From NCBI GenBank assembly GCA_964527925.1, contig CAZGQO010000001.1, positions 397,742-461,741 of the forward strand: a stretch of DNA of 64,000 nucleotides. Direction: 5' to 3'. Source of the DNA: an uncultured Ignavibacteriaceae bacterium (GTDB taxonomy: Bacteria; Bacteroidota; Ignavibacteria; Ch128b). Below are positions 11,901 to 21,578 of the stretch, in pieces (positions within the stretch are counted from its first letter, which is position 1; each line of letters starts with the position of its first letter). The notes under the pieces are model-generated. The model made no database searches. It worked only from the letters and a program-made list of their open reading frames with translations, and was not told the origin of the DNA. The position numbers and the translations under genes are program-made.

Positions 11901-12194
11901 ATGCCCTTGAAACCCATTGAATTGAAAGAACTCGAGAAACATACAGAAAGTATTTATGAGGCAATTATTGTGGCTGCAAAAGAAGCTCGTCAAATTAGTG
12001 CTGAAATGAAAATTGAATTCAACAAAAGATTATCTGAACTTCCTCCACAGATTCAAACTACTGATGATCAGGAGGAAATTGAAAATCCTGATCAAATCAG
12101 GATTAGTAAAGAACTGGAACAGAAAGGAAAACCAACCGAGCAAGCTCTTGAAGCATTGCTCAAAGGCGAAATTGTTTACAGATATACAAAATAA
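11901..12194 (+). CDS. rpoZ: DNA-directed RNA polymerase subunit omega (FCB-type)
   Basis: 97 aa. SIYEAIIVAAKEARQISAEMK...ENPDQIRISKELEQKGKPTEQALEALLKGEIVYR closely parallels Bacteroides-type RpoZ (MYETVVIISKRANQISVEMK...ENREQIEIS...KPT...GKIYYR). Position after gmk is as expected. Confidence 0.8.
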   Translation: MPLKPIELKELEKHTESIYEAIIVAAKEARQISAEMKIEFNKRLSELPPQIQTTDDQEEIENPDQIRISKELEQKGKPTEQALEALLKGEIVYRYTK

Positions 12195-12199
12195 TTTGA

Positions 12200-13420
12200 T
12201 TGAATATCTTAAAAAACAAAAAAATAATCGTTGGAGTAAGCGGTGGAATTGCCGCTTACAAAACCTGTTATCTCGTTCGCGAACTTGTGAAATCAGATGC
12301 ACAGGTTCGCGTCGTGATGACGTCTTCTGCTTGTGAATTTGTTTCTCCACTTACTTTTTCCACTCTTTCAAAAAACGAAGTAATCACAAATATTTTTCCT
12401 GAGAAAAAATCGAATATAAAAACTTCAACTTGGCATATTCATCTTGCAAGATGGGCAGATTTGATTGTTATTGCACCCGCAACTATCAACACCATTGCAA
12501 AAATAAATTACGGAATAGCGGATAATGCTCTAACCACACTTATTTCTGCCCGAAGGTCTCCACTTCTGATTGTTCCTGCTGCCGATGAAGATATGTATTT
12601 AAGTGAATCGAATAGAAAAAATATCACTGAACTTAAAATGAAAGGTGTATTTTTCCTTGAAGCTGAATTTGGAGAACTCGCAAGCGGGTTAACAGGTCTT
12701 GGCAGGATGGCTGAAGTCGATACAATTTTGCAAAAAATTAGGTCTATACTTTCAAATTCTCACAAAGATTTAATGAACAAAAAAGTTTTGATTACTTCAG
12801 GTCCGACATACGAACCAATTGATCCGGTTAGATTCATTGGTAATAGATCAAGTGGAAAAATGGGACATTCACTTGCACTTGCAGCTTTATACCGTGGTGC
12901 AAAAGTTACTGTTATTACTGGTCCAACTAATCTTGTTTTTCCTGAGAATATAAAATTGATTAAAGTGAACACAGCTGAAGAAATGTATAATGCTGTTTTA
13001 AAAGAATTTCCTCGAAATGAAATTTTCATTTCTGCTGCAGCTGTTGCAGATTACAAACCGCTAAAAATTTTAGAATCTAAAATTAAGAAAGGACAGAACA
13101 GATTAGTTCTTGAACTTACTGCTACAAAGGATATCTTGAAAGAAATTTCGAAAATCAAAAAGAAAAAACAGATTGTTGTTGGCTTCTCTGTAGAAACTGA
13201 AAATGAAATTGAAAACTCCCTAAAAAAATTAGAATCAAAAAATCTCGATTTAATAGTGGTTAACAACCCTCTCCAAAAAGGTGCGGGTTTTGAAGTTGAT
13301 ACTAACAAGATTCAAATTATAAATAGAAATAAAGAAATAATTAACTTTCCATTGAAATTTAAATTTGATGCTGCAAATGATATATTAAATGAGATTAAAA
13401 AACTTTTCAAAACAAAATGA
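12200..13420 (+). CDS. coaBC: bifunctional phosphopantothenoylcysteine decarboxylase / phosphopantothenate-cysteine ligase
   Basis: 406 aa. KKIIVGVSGGIAAYK is the flavoprotein N-terminal motif and the C-terminal half is the CoaB ligase domain. It starts at a TTG. Confidence 0.85.
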   Translation: MNILKNKKIIVGVSGGIAAYKTCYLVRELVKSDAQVRVVMTSSACEFVSPLTFSTLSKNEVITNIFPEKKSNIKTSTWHIHLARWADLIVIAPATINTIAKINYGIADNALTTLISARRSPLLIVPAADEDMYLSESNRKNITELKMKGVFFLEAEFGELASGLTGLGRMAEVDTILQKIRSILSNSHKDLMNKKVLITSGPTYEPIDPVRFIGNRSSGKMGHSLALAALYRGAKVTVITGPTNLVFPENIKLIKVNTAEEMYNAVLKEFPRNEIFISAAAVADYKPLKILESKIKKGQNRLVLELTATKDILKEISKIKKKKQIVVGFSVETENEIENSLKKLESKNLDLIVVNNPLQKGAGFEVDTNKIQIINRNKEIINFPLKFKFDAANDILNEIKKLFKTK

Positions 13421-14148
13421 ATCAAAATTTATTTGATCGAATCGAAGATTTTCTAAGATATCAGCAAGAACTTGGAGTTCCAATTTTTGTATCCGACGTC
13501 TCAGATAAATCAACTTTAGTTAAAAAATTAAACACTAAGTTTATCGGTTTAACTTTAAATAGCATCGAAGAAAATTTTGTGAAAGCAAAATCTCTCGAAG
13601 AACTGGATAGTTTAATTAATCAATGTCAGAAATGTCCACTTGGAAAAACCAGAACAAAATTTGTTTTTGGAGTTGGTAATCCAGCAGCGGATATTGTTTT
13701 TGTTGGCGAAGCGCCGGGTGCTGATGAAGATGCTCAAGGCGAACCATTCGTTGGCAGAGCCGGTAAGTTATTAACAGAAACTTTAATTCGTATCGGATTG
13801 AGAAGAGAAGAAGTCTACATTTGCAATATCCTAAAATGCCGTCCACCAAATAATCGTGATCCTCTTCCATCAGAAGTTGAAAAATGTGAGCCATATCTTT
13901 TGAAACAGTTAAGCTTAATCAAACCAAGAATAATTGTTGCTTTAGGAAGAATTGCAGGGAATACATTGCTTCGCAAATCAGAAACTCTATCGACTCTTAG
14001 AAAAAATGTTTATAATTATTTTGATATTCCTCTCTTTATTACTTACCATCCTGCTGCAATTTTAAGAAATATGGGATGGAAGGATTCCTTTGTGCAGGAT
14101 TTGCTGAACATGAAAAATTATTACGATAACATAATGAAAAATAATTAA
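13417..14148 (+). CDS. uracil-DNA glycosylase, family 4
   Basis: 243 aa with the GEAPGADED, EPFVGRAGKLL and CNILKCRPPNNR motifs, plus a roughly 70-aa N-terminal extension carrying a Cys-x2-Cys. Confidence 0.8.
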   Translation: MNQNLFDRIEDFLRYQQELGVPIFVSDVSDKSTLVKKLNTKFIGLTLNSIEENFVKAKSLEELDSLINQCQKCPLGKTRTKFVFGVGNPAADIVFVGEAPGADEDAQGEPFVGRAGKLLTETLIRIGLRREEVYICNILKCRPPNNRDPLPSEVEKCEPYLLKQLSLIKPRIIVALGRIAGNTLLRKSETLSTLRKNVYNYFDIPLFITYHPAAILRNMGWKDSFVQDLLNMKNYYDNIMKNN

Positions 14149-14163
14149 GGTAGTGAGGTTCTT

Positions 14164-15675
14164 ATGCCAAGAAAGTCGAATTCAAACAGAGATTTTAAAA
14201 TATCCGTTGAAATACCAAAGCATACACCGCCTAATGCGGTTGAGATTGAGAAAAGTGTTCTTGGCGCAATTTTAAATGATAACAGAATCATAAACAGAGT
14301 TATTGAGTTAATCCAACGGGACGAGGTCTTTTATTCTGAATCAAACAGAAAAATCTTCCGAGCCATAAAAGAATTAGTTCTGGACAACAAACCTGAAAAC
14401 ATTGATTTGTTAGTGGTCTCAGAACAATTAAGAAAAAATGGCGAACTGGAAGATATCGGTGGAATAGAGTACTTACTCGAACTCATAAAGGATACTGTGA
14501 GTTCTGAAGTAATTGAAAATCATTGCAAGATATTAATCGAAAAATTTATGGTAAGAGAATTAATTGATCATTCTCTAAAGATTGTCTCTAAAGGTTACGA
14601 TGGTTCTTCCGATGTGTTTGAATTACTGGACGAAGCTGAATCTGGAATTTTTGAGATTTCTGAAAGCAAATTCAAAAAAACTTATTTATCACTTCAAGAA
14701 GCAGTAAATAAGACTGAACAAATTCTTGCAAAAATTCGAGAGTCCGGTGTATCAGGAATTCCAACTGGTTATTCTAAATTCAATGAATTAACTGGGGGGT
14801 TTCAGAATTCTGATTTAATAATAATTGCTGCAAGACCAGGTATTGGTAAAACAGCTCTGGCTCTTTCTCTTGCACATAATATTGCAAAGTATTCAAAGGC
14901 TCCTGTTGGTTTCTTTAGTCTTGAAATGACAACATCACAAATTGTTATGCGTCTTTTAAGTGCCGAATCAAAAATTGATATAAAAAATATTCGAACTGCA
15001 AGAATCCATAAAAGTGAGGAAGCAGATTTTTATAAAGCTATCAGAACATTGGCAAAACTTCCAATTTACATTGATGATACACCAGCATTATCATTGCTCG
15101 AATTACGAGCAAAATCAAGAAGAATGATTACAGAACATGGAGTAAAAATTATTTTTGTTGATTATCTGCAATTGATGCAGGGTCCTGCAAATGTTGAAAC
15201 TCGTGAACGAGAAATTTCATACATATCTCGTGGATTGAAAAGTTTAGCAAAAGAACTTGATATTCCAATCATCGCACTTGCCCAATTAAATCGTCAAGTA
15301 GAGCAAAGAACTGAAAAAAGACCACTACTATCAGATCTAAGAGAATCAGGTGCGATTGAACAGGATGCTGATATTGTTTGCTTTATTCATAGACATGATC
15401 TTTACAAAAAGCAAACAAGAGATTCTGTTGAAGAAAATGTTGAAGCAGATTCTTATGACAAACCAAAAGTTGTTGAAATAATTATTGCAAAGCAGAGAAA
15501 TGGCCCAACTGGTTCTTTTGAATTATTATTCAAACCAAATCTTGCAAGATTCGAAGATTTAACTAAACAAGAGGTTGACCAGTATCATTTATCAATAACT
15601 GCATCCAAAGGAGATGAATCAGGTTCTGATAGTGGAAGCAACGAATCAGATGACTCATTCACTACACCATTTTAA
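14164..15675 (+). CDS. dnaB: replicative DNA helicase
   Basis: 503 aa with the DnaB N-terminal domain and a RecA-like core carrying Walker A (ARPGIGKT), the H2/H3 motifs and the arginine finger region. Confidence 0.9.
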   Translation: MPRKSNSNRDFKISVEIPKHTPPNAVEIEKSVLGAILNDNRIINRVIELIQRDEVFYSESNRKIFRAIKELVLDNKPENIDLLVVSEQLRKNGELEDIGGIEYLLELIKDTVSSEVIENHCKILIEKFMVRELIDHSLKIVSKGYDGSSDVFELLDEAESGIFEISESKFKKTYLSLQEAVNKTEQILAKIRESGVSGIPTGYSKFNELTGGFQNSDLIIIAARPGIGKTALALSLAHNIAKYSKAPVGFFSLEMTTSQIVMRLLSAESKIDIKNIRTARIHKSEEADFYKAIRTLAKLPIYIDDTPALSLLELRAKSRRMITEHGVKIIFVDYLQLMQGPANVETREREISYISRGLKSLAKELDIPIIALAQLNRQVEQRTEKRPLLSDLRESGAIEQDADIVCFIHRHDLYKKQTRDSVEENVEADSYDKPKVVEIIIAKQRNGPTGSFELLFKPNLARFEDLTKQEVDQYHLSITASKGDESGSDSGSNESDDSFTTPF

Positions 15676-15700
15676 AGAACGAACAGTCATCGAAAGCGAA

Positions 15701-16579
15701 TTAAAATTTTGAAGTCAGTTGTTGTTTATTCTTAATCAAACTTTTTAATCGATTTATATTCATAATATCCTCTTTCATGCCTTCACCTTTCGGTGTCTCC
15801 AAAATCTTGGGGAAATTTATAAATCTTTTATCATTCATTATAAAACGAAAACCATTCAAACCGATTTTTCCAAGACCGATATGTTCATGTCTATCAACTC
15901 TTTCGCCCAAACCTTTTTTTGAATCATTCAAATGAAAAGCTTTTAAATATTTTAATCCAATTATTGCATCAAATTCTTCGATTGTTTTTTCGTAAGCTTT
16001 TTCAGTTCTTAAATCATATCCCGCAGCAAAAATATGGCAGGTATCGATGCATACAGCAAGGCGATTTTTATCTTCGACCAGATCAATAATTTTTCTTATG
16101 TGTTCAAATCTATAACCAATGCTTGTTCCTTGCCCAGCTGTGGTTTCAATCATACTTTTAACTTTAAAACCCCGGGTCGCAGAATGAGCAATATTAATTG
16201 ATTCGGCAATTAATTTTATTCCGTCTTCTTCCCCTCTTCCCATATGTGAACCAGGATGAAAATTCAAGTAATTAATTCCGAGTAGTTCACATCTTTTCAA
16301 TTCATCAATAAAAGCCTTTCTCGATTTTTTTAGAATTTCTTTGTCCTTTGCACATAAATTAATCAGGTATGAATCATGAGCAACGATTGGATAAATTTTT
16401 GTAACTTTTAAGAGTCTTTTATAATTTTGAACGACCTGTTCATTTAATGGTCTGGAATTCCATTGATTACTATTTTTTGTAAAAATTTGAAGAGTTGTAC
16501 AACCAATACTTGCTGCTCTTTCAACAGCTTTATCAACTCCACCTGCAATCGAGGTATGAGCTCCAAGTAAAATTTTCAT
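15701..16579 (-). CDS. nfo: deoxyribonuclease IV (endonuclease IV)
   Basis: MKILLGAHTSIAGG...NSNQW...HDSYLINL...IDTCHIFAAGYD are the canonical Nfo motifs. The listed ORF runs to 16744, but the conserved N-terminus starts at the internal ATG at 16579 and the extension would overlap anmK. Confidence 0.85.
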   Translation of the reverse strand: MKILLGAHTSIAGGVDKAVERAASIGCTTLQIFTKNSNQWNSRPLNEQVVQNYKRLLKVTKIYPIVAHDSYLINLCAKDKEILKKSRKAFIDELKRCELLGINYLNFHPGSHMGRGEEDGIKLIAESINIAHSATRGFKVKSMIETTAGQGTSIGYRFEHIRKIIDLVEDKNRLAVCIDTCHIFAAGYDLRTEKAYEKTIEEFDAIIGLKYLKAFHLNDSKKGLGERVDRHEHIGLGKIGLNGFRFIMNDKRFINFPKILETPKGEGMKEDIMNINRLKSLIKNKQQLTSKF

Positions 16580-16595
16580 ATTAGGAATTCCTCTT

Positions 16596-17780
16596 ATGTA
16601 TAGATTAAGTAAATTACAAAAAAAGAAGAAAAAGTTAGTCATAGGATTGATGTCTGGAACATCTATGGATGGAATTGATGCTGTTCTGCTTGAAATAACC
16701 GGCAATGGATTAAAGACAAAATTTAAAGAATTGTACTTCAACACTTATCCTTATCCGAAAGGATTAAAAAATCTCATCTTGAAAAACTCAATGAAATCTA
16801 CAAGTAATGTTGAAGACATCACAAGACTCAATTTTTTAATCGGGAAATTATTCGCTAAAGCTGCAATTAATCTTTGCGAAGAATATGGAATTGATATCAG
16901 CAAAATAGATTTAATTGGTTCGCATGGACAGACCATTCATCATCTGCCAAGAAGTAAAAAAATGTTTGGACACGAAATCAAAGCAACATTGCAGATTGGT
17001 GATCCATCGGTAATTGCAAAAATCACAAATGTTCCTGTTGTTGGCGATTTCAGAGTTGGGGATATGGCTCTCGGTGGTGAAGGAGCTCCGTTAGTTCCAT
17101 ATTTTGATTTCATTACCTTTAGATCTAATAGAATTAACAGATCTCTATTAAACATCGGTGGAATCTCCAACATTACAATTCTTAAAAAAGGTTGTTCTCT
17201 CGAAGATGTGATTGCCTTTGATACTGGTCCAGGGAATGTACTGATTGATTTACTTGTCAAAAAATTTTACAGAAAATCATTTGATCGCGATGGTGAAATT
17301 GCCTTCAGCGGAAAAATTAACAATGCGCTTTTTCAAAAAATTGTAAAGTATGATAAATTCATCAAACTGAAACCGCCAAAATCTACAGGAAGAGAAAGAT
17401 ATAACGAAGAATTTATTTCCAATGTTCTCGATGGATTATCTCACCTCCGAAAAGCTGATATCATTAGAACATTCAGTGAATATACCGGCTATGTAACATT
17501 TTACAACTACAATAAATTTATAAGAAAAGAATGTGAGATATCTGAATTACTTGTCAGCGGTGGCGGTGCAAATAACAATTATATTATGCAAAGTCTTCAA
17601 AGATATTTTGGAGATAAAATCAAAGTAAAAAAAGTAGAAGAAAAAATTGTTTCATCTGATGCAAAAGAAGCTGTGTGTTTTGCACTATTAGCAAATGAAA
17701 CCATATCAGAAAATCCAACTAATATTCCTCAAGTAACAGGCTCTTCTCGTAAATCCATTCTTGGAAAAATCTGTCTATGA
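16596..17780 (+). CDS. anmK: anhydro-N-acetylmuramic acid kinase
   Basis: 394 aa with the LVIGLMSGTSMDGIDAVL N-terminus of AnmK and an ASKHA-fold ATPase core. The start is ambiguous (16596 or the internal ATG at 16650). Its stop overlaps the next gene. Confidence 0.8.
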   Translation: MYRLSKLQKKKKKLVIGLMSGTSMDGIDAVLLEITGNGLKTKFKELYFNTYPYPKGLKNLILKNSMKSTSNVEDITRLNFLIGKLFAKAAINLCEEYGIDISKIDLIGSHGQTIHHLPRSKKMFGHEIKATLQIGDPSVIAKITNVPVVGDFRVGDMALGGEGAPLVPYFDFITFRSNRINRSLLNIGGISNITILKKGCSLEDVIAFDTGPGNVLIDLLVKKFYRKSFDRDGEIAFSGKINNALFQKIVKYDKFIKLKPPKSTGRERYNEEFISNVLDGLSHLRKADIIRTFSEYTGYVTFYNYNKFIRKECEISELLVSGGGANNNYIMQSLQRYFGDKIKVKKVEEKIVSSDAKEAVCFALLANETISENPTNIPQVTGSSRKSILGKICL

Positions 17781-18703
17781 GCAGAATAATTATCACCGGT
17801 TCATCTGGTTATCTGGGAACTCATCTTTGCAATAGCCTTAGACATGAAACCGAAAAAATTTTCGCACTCTACAATTCAAATCAACCTGAAATTGAAAACA
17901 TTGAAAAAATAAAAATAGATTTACTTCAAACTGATGAATTAAATTTGTTATTTAAAGACATAAAACCGGATTATGTAATTCATCTTGCCGCTGTAACTCC
18001 CTCAAAGTCTTTTGAAGTTGATGAGAAGTATATCTATTCAGTTAATGTTGATTTAACCGGAAAGATTGCTTCACTCTGTCATTTTTTCAACTCATATTTA
18101 ATTTTTACATCAACAGATCTCGTTTACGCTGAAGGTGAAAACATCAAAGAAGACCATGAACTTAATCCATTAAATCTTTATGCTCGAACGAAGTTAGAAG
18201 CTGAGAAAGTTGTACATAGATACGCAAAATATTTTTTGATTCTCAGGACATCTTTGATGTATGGATTTTCAATTTCAAAACACAAATCTTTTTTTGATTA
18301 CTCATTTATAAAATTACTCAACGGTGAAACTGTAAAAGCTTTTTATAATCAATTCAGAAATTCTTTATTCGTTGAAGAAGCAGCTAAGTTTATTAATCAA
18401 TTTTTGAATTTAAAATTACCCGATAACTCAGTAATGAATTTCTGTGGATTCGAGAATCTATCAAGATTTGAGATGCTTTATAAAACTGCAGAAATTTTTG
18501 ACTTGAACAAAGATTTAATTCTCAAAGAATCCTGCGAGAATTTCAAAGAATATAAAATGGCAAAGCGACTTCATTTAAATTTTGATAGAATGAAATCGTT
18601 TAATTTATTACCTAAAACTTTTGAAGAGAATTTACTTTATCTCAAAAGTAATTTTGATCGTTACAAACCATACATAATCAAATATCAGCAAAATGAGTTT
18701 TAA
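17777..18703 (+). CDS. NAD-dependent epimerase/dehydratase (SDR family, RmlD-like)
   Basis: 308 aa with the Rossmann motif ITGSSGYLGTHL and a YxxxK-containing region. Confidence 0.6.
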   Translation: MSRIIITGSSGYLGTHLCNSLRHETEKIFALYNSNQPEIENIEKIKIDLLQTDELNLLFKDIKPDYVIHLAAVTPSKSFEVDEKYIYSVNVDLTGKIASLCHFFNSYLIFTSTDLVYAEGENIKEDHELNPLNLYARTKLEAEKVVHRYAKYFLILRTSLMYGFSISKHKSFFDYSFIKLLNGETVKAFYNQFRNSLFVEEAAKFINQFLNLKLPDNSVMNFCGFENLSRFEMLYKTAEIFDLNKDLILKESCENFKEYKMAKRLHLNFDRMKSFNLLPKTFEENLLYLKSNFDRYKPYIIKYQQNEF

Positions 18704-19493
18704 ATCTAAGAAAAAATATGGGCAGCATTTTTTAATTGATAAAAACATCACTAAAAAAATCATAAAAGCAATTTCTCCATTGGCTGAAGATTTTATTGTG
18801 GAAATTGGTCCAGGCAAAGGTGCACTTACTGAAGAACTTTATCGTCACTCAAAAAATCTCGTCCTTGTTGAAATTGATAATGAATTAATTGAAGAATTAA
18901 GAAATAAATTTCCCGACATAAGAATTATAAATAAAGATATACTCGATTGCGACTTCAGTTCAGAATTTTTTGATTCAAAATTTCGAATTGTTGGAAATAT
19001 TCCCTATTACATAACGAGTCAGATAATTTTTAAGATTTTTGATAATTATAAAATCGTTAAAGATGCTGTATTCATGATTCAGAAAGAAGTAGCTGAACGA
19101 ATTATTGCAAAACCTAAGACGAAAGATTATGGAATCTTAAGTGTTTTTGCTCAATTTTATTCTGAACCAGAAAATCTTTTCAATGTTTCCAAGAATGTTT
19201 TTTATCCACAACCTGAAGTAGAATCTGCTGTTATTCATTTGAAAATCAAAAAAGAAATTCCACTTACTTCAGAAGAAGAAAAAATTTTCAGACAGATTGT
19301 TAAAGCAGCTTTTAATCAACGAAGAAAAACCCTCAGAAATTCACTTCAAAAAATTTTTTCTAACTTAAGGGGAGATTTGAAAATAAAATTCTTCCAACTC
19401 GATTTTGATTTCTCAAAGAGAGCGGAAGAGCTAACTCTAATCGATTTTTTTTATCTTGCAAAAAATTTTGCTGAATTAAAATCAAACAATTAA
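18693..19493 (+). CDS. rsmA: 16S rRNA (adenine1518/1519-N6)-dimethyltransferase
   Basis: 266 aa with the KKKYGQHFLIDKNI N-terminus and the SAM-binding VEIGPGKGALT motif. Confidence 0.85.
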   Translation: MSFKSKKKYGQHFLIDKNITKKIIKAISPLAEDFIVEIGPGKGALTEELYRHSKNLVLVEIDNELIEELRNKFPDIRIINKDILDCDFSSEFFDSKFRIVGNIPYYITSQIIFKIFDNYKIVKDAVFMIQKEVAERIIAKPKTKDYGILSVFAQFYSEPENLFNVSKNVFYPQPEVESAVIHLKIKKEIPLTSEEEKIFRQIVKAAFNQRRKTLRNSLQKIFSNLRGDLKIKFFQLDFDFSKRAEELTLIDFFYLAKNFAELKSNN

Positions 19494-19510
19494 ACCAATC
19501 TTAATTTTTT

Positions 19511-20446
19511 ATGATGAAATATATTAAAGCTTTGAATGTTTTTGATCTCTGTGCTGTGATTTTTTATTTATTCCTGATTTTCATGAATTTAATTTTCCAT
19601 GAACGAGTTGTTCACACAATTTCTTTGTTAACAATTGAAATCCTAATGATAATATTTGTGTTCATTGTTGCTTATCAGGATTACAAACAAAACAACTCAT
19701 TCTGGCGAAACATTCACATCTGGTATCTGGCACCAATGATTTTTATAACTTTCAAACAACTTTATTTCTTGGTTCATCCCATTCATCCAGTTGATTATGA
19801 TGAACTTCTTATCAAAATCGATCGATTTATCTTTGGAACCGATCCCACAAAGTTTTTAGAAAAATTCTCTCATCCATTATTAACAGAAATTCTTCAAGTT
19901 GTGTATACTTCTTTTTATCTCTTACCAATCATAGTTGGAGTAGATTTGCTGAGAAGTAAAAAATATGATGAGTTTGAGTTTGCCGCATTTTTAATTGTTT
20001 ATGGATTTTTCCTTTCTTACTTAGGATATTTTTCAATGCCAGCTGTGGGACCAAGATTTACGCTTCACAATTTTTTTAATATAGATAATGAATTGCCAGG
20101 TTTATTTTTGACTCCATTTCTGAGAGAATTCGTCAATATTGGTGAATCTATTCCAAAGGGTACAATTAATCCGCATGAATTAGTGCAACGGGATGTGTTT
20201 CCGTCTGGACACACTCAGATGACATTGCTAACGATGTACGCAGCTGTAGAATTTAACAGCAGAACAAAACGATTTATGTTAGTAGTTGGCTCTCTTTTGA
20301 TTTTTTCAACAGTTTATTTGAGATATCATTATGTGATTGATTTGATTGCGGGAACTCTTTTCGCAATTTTTACTCTGTGGTCAGGAAGAAAAATTTATCG
20401 ATGGTGGAATTCTTACACTAACAGAAGAATTCCTGAATGGGTTTAA
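19511..20446 (+). CDS. PAP2 superfamily integral membrane protein
   Basis: 311 aa and multi-TM. It carries the PAP2 phosphatase motifs (FPSGHT and an RYHYVIDLIAG-like SRxxxxxHxxxD). Confidence 0.6.
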   Translation: MMKYIKALNVFDLCAVIFYLFLIFMNLIFHERVVHTISLLTIEILMIIFVFIVAYQDYKQNNSFWRNIHIWYLAPMIFITFKQLYFLVHPIHPVDYDELLIKIDRFIFGTDPTKFLEKFSHPLLTEILQVVYTSFYLLPIIVGVDLLRSKKYDEFEFAAFLIVYGFFLSYLGYFSMPAVGPRFTLHNFFNIDNELPGLFLTPFLREFVNIGESIPKGTINPHELVQRDVFPSGHTQMTLLTMYAAVEFNSRTKRFMLVVGSLLIFSTVYLRYHYVIDLIAGTLFAIFTLWSGRKIYRWWNSYTNRRIPEWV

Positions 20447-20766
20447 GATGAATATAATTTACGATCAACATTTTGAATTACATCGACAATCAGTGGAAAA
20501 TATCTATCAAGACTGCAATTCACATCCAATCTTAAATTACATCTTTCTGAACTGCCACGACATTCCACACAAATTTTTTGATGAAGTGCATCGACATAAT
20601 CAGACACCTTATCACTTTGAACTGAATGAACAACATCAACAATTTTATCAATATATAACTCAACAGCACAGCTCTCATCATCTGTCATTTTGCATTTTCC
20701 ATTTTCATCTGAATCAACACAAATTGAACAAACTTTTTCTCTTATGGCTTTTAAGTATGTATCCAT
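20443..20766 (-). CDS. small cysteine-rich hypothetical protein (8 Cys; putative metal-binding)
   Basis: 107 aa with CSIC-x8-C-x8-C and CVEC-x6-C-x8-C spacing. A GGAGA RBS lies 9 nt upstream of the ATG. It fills the gap between PAP2 and the real ubiE start exactly. The overlapping plus-strand ORF 20346-20798 has His-rich antisense-like composition and is judged spurious. Confidence 0.5.
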   Translation of the reverse strand: MDTYLKAIREKVCSICVDSDENGKCKMTDDESCAVELYIDKIVDVVHSVQSDKVSDYVDALHQKICVECRGSSERCNLRLDVNCSLDRYFPLIVDVIQNVDRKLYSS

Positions 20767-20797
20767 TTTTAATTCTCCAATTGACAGAGCAAAGATA

Positions 20798-21553
20798 ATG
20801 AGTTCGAATAAGAAATTAAATAAACTTAATTTAGCCGACCAAACTCAGAAAAGAGAGTTTGTCAAAAATATGTTCAACTCGATTTATAGAACCTATGATT
20901 TCTTAAATCATTTCTTGAGTTTTGGTATTGATATTTACTGGCGTAAAAGATCACTAAAAAATATTTATTTACATCAAAATGATGTCTGTCTGGATCTTGC
21001 TGCAGGTACAGGTGATTTTGGAATTGAAGTTTACAAAAAATTTAAATGTAATGTAATCGGTTATGATATTGCGGAAAATTCACTGAAAGTTTTTCGTGAG
21101 AAAATTATCAAAAAAAATCTTGATCAATCAAAGTTCACACTTATTATTGGTGAGGCAGAAAATATTCAACTTGAAGATGAATCTGTAAATCTTATCACAA
21201 TTTCTTTTGGGATACGAAATTTCTACGATTCTCAAAAAGCTTTAGATGAAATGTTTAGAGTTTTAAAATCAGGAGGAAAATTAGTTATTCTCGAATTTGG
21301 TTTACCAAAAAATAGACTACTTCTTACTCTTTACAAGTTTTACTTTGAAAAAATTCTTCCCTTTCTTGGCCGCATCATTTCAAAAGATGAATCAGCATAT
21401 AAATATCTTCCTCTTTCAGTAAATTTCTTCGAACAGGAAAAGGATATTGTAAGTGAAATGATTAAATCAGGTTTCAGAGAAATTAAAGTTGAAAATCTAA
21501 CTTTCGGAATTGTGAAACTCTACACAGCTAAAAAAACTCCCGATTACAACTGA
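20798..21553 (+). CDS. ubiE: demethylmenaquinone/ubiquinone C-methyltransferase (class I SAM methyltransferase)
   Basis: The conserved N-terminus (KREFVKNMFNSIYRTYDFLNHFLSFGIDIYWRK) and the SAM motif LDLAAGTGD are present. The listed ORF begins at 20690, but the family N-terminus supports the ATG at 20798. Confidence 0.8.
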   Translation: MSSNKKLNKLNLADQTQKREFVKNMFNSIYRTYDFLNHFLSFGIDIYWRKRSLKNIYLHQNDVCLDLAAGTGDFGIEVYKKFKCNVIGYDIAENSLKVFREKIIKKNLDQSKFTLIIGEAENIQLEDESVNLITISFGIRNFYDSQKALDEMFRVLKSGGKLVILEFGLPKNRLLLTLYKFYFEKILPFLGRIISKDESAYKYLPLSVNFFEQEKDIVSEMIKSGFREIKVENLTFGIVKLYTAKKTPDYN

Positions 21554-21578
21554 CTTCACAAAAGATTTCTTCAAAAAT

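Noticed and set aside
15701-16744. Long N-terminal extensions of nfo (to 16744) and lepB (30319 to 31338), and the 5' extension of ubiE
   Set aside because: The extensions overlap the neighbouring genes (anmK, lepA) and precede well-conserved family N-termini. Internal ATGs at 16579, 31263 and 20798 were chosen instead.
20346-20798. Plus-strand 150-aa ORF overlapping the end of the PAP2 gene and the ubiE upstream region
   Set aside because: Its composition is His/Gln/Phe-rich, as expected for the antisense of a Val/Asp/Cys-rich gene, and it has no RBS. The minus-strand 107-aa Cys-rich ORF has a GGAGA RBS and protein-like features. ubiE's conserved N-terminus starts at 20798, so the 5' part of the 20690 ORF is also non-coding.
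21554-21578. Possible terminator GGAAA-aata-TTTCC between convergent ubiE and rdgB
   Set aside because: The stem is only 5 bp, is AT-rich, and has no clear U-tract. That is too weak to call.
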